Assembly: GCF_009914755.1 (NCBI RefSeq)
Contig: NC_060947.1
Origin: the human T2T-CHM13v2.0 reference genome, Homo sapiens
DNA length: 64,000 bases
Reading direction: 5' to 3' (one strand)
Made by a program: the position numbers and the translations under genes. The notes under the pieces are model-generated. The model did not search any database and was not told where the DNA came from. It worked only from the letters and a program-made list of their open reading frames with translations. Positions within the stretch are counted from its first letter, which is position 1, and each line of letters opens with the position of its first letter. Positions 63,090 through 64,000 of this stretch are shown piece by piece.

Positions 63090-64000
63090 GGTGTGTTTCC
63101 TGAAAAACACAGTCAAGAGATCCTTGGGTAGAGGGAGAGTGAGAATTTGAGGAACAACTCAAAGATTAGGATATTATTATAATAAAGTATTCTGCACTAT
63201 AAGCCTTCCATAAACATACTAAGGGATTATTATTTGTGTACATTAAAAATGCTCTTTCATTTTAGGGATATACATACCCATTAAAATCCATTCATTCCAA
63301 TCCCAGAATAAAAGCTTGGCATTATCTCCAGGATTTAAAATAAGAATGTCACTGTAGAAATTCCCAAGGATTTCAAAACCAACATCAGCTCTTTGGTATA
63401 TGACTGCTCCCAGTACAATCATAATTTGACCTAAATTTTGCCCCTTTCCAAGAATTCTGGTATCACTCATGAGTGTTTGCTTGCTGTCTGGTCTTACCAG
63501 TCACATTATCTCTTGGTATAAATGGTAACTGGCTGTCTATGTCTTTGCTTCCTCTCACGGTACTTTGTTTACCAAGCTGCAGATATTCAGGGTGCATTGC
63601 CCAATGGACAATGAAGAGACAGTGGCTGGGCTGTTTTTGGAGGCAGGATCCCTAAGATTTGACATCTCATTCTTGATGCCATCCACGTCCAATCAGACTT
63701 GAACTTCAGGACATTTCTGCAGATGTCTTACAAATTAAGTCACTGGGTCTTTTTTTTGTTTCTTAATGCATCCTCCTTTGATCTCACGTTTAGAAATTCT
63801 ATTTGAGATCCTGCTTTTGCTGGTTATCCTACCTTGGCCACATTTCTAATGAGCAAATTCAACAGGGCTGTGCAAGGAACATTTTTCAATGCCAACTCAA
63901 ATTCTGAAATGTATTTAATATTCATACTCTGATCTCAGGTCACTTCATGTTAAACATGACAAGCTGTCTTGTGGTAGTAGCTTTTACTTATAAATGTGGA

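Overview
Primate (human-like) AT-rich non-coding DNA, either intergenic or deep intronic. I find no credible host protein-coding gene, rRNA, tRNA or CRISPR array. The only protein-like ORFs are the frameshifted C-terminus of L1 ORF2p (3440-4542) and translations of Alu, L1 and microsatellite sequence. Roughly half of the window is interspersed repeat: about 22 Alus, L1 fragments of many ages, MaLR LTRs (MLT1, THE1, MST), a dense ERV1 solo-LTR cluster at 17.7-26.5 kb, and DNA transposon fossils (two MER75 piggyBac MITEs, MER1A, MER3, MER47A, Tigger2a, MER58). Family names come from my recall of consensus sequences, not from a RepeatMasker run. I do not see evidence of a new multi-gene system. 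The most interesting signals are structural records of mutation: (1) a probable L1 3' transduction carrying about 1.1 kb of foreign flank that resembles IGHV-locus intergenic DNA; (2) two independent local templated insertions (215 bp and 76 bp, copied 1.5-2.1 kb away), both bracketed by short inverted repeats; (3) two MER75 copies 18 kb apart that appear to share non-consensus variants, possibly local hopping; (4) a spacer-less ~92-bp non-transposon palindrome; (5) a trimeric AluJ made by inter-arm recombination; and several nested or same-site insertions.
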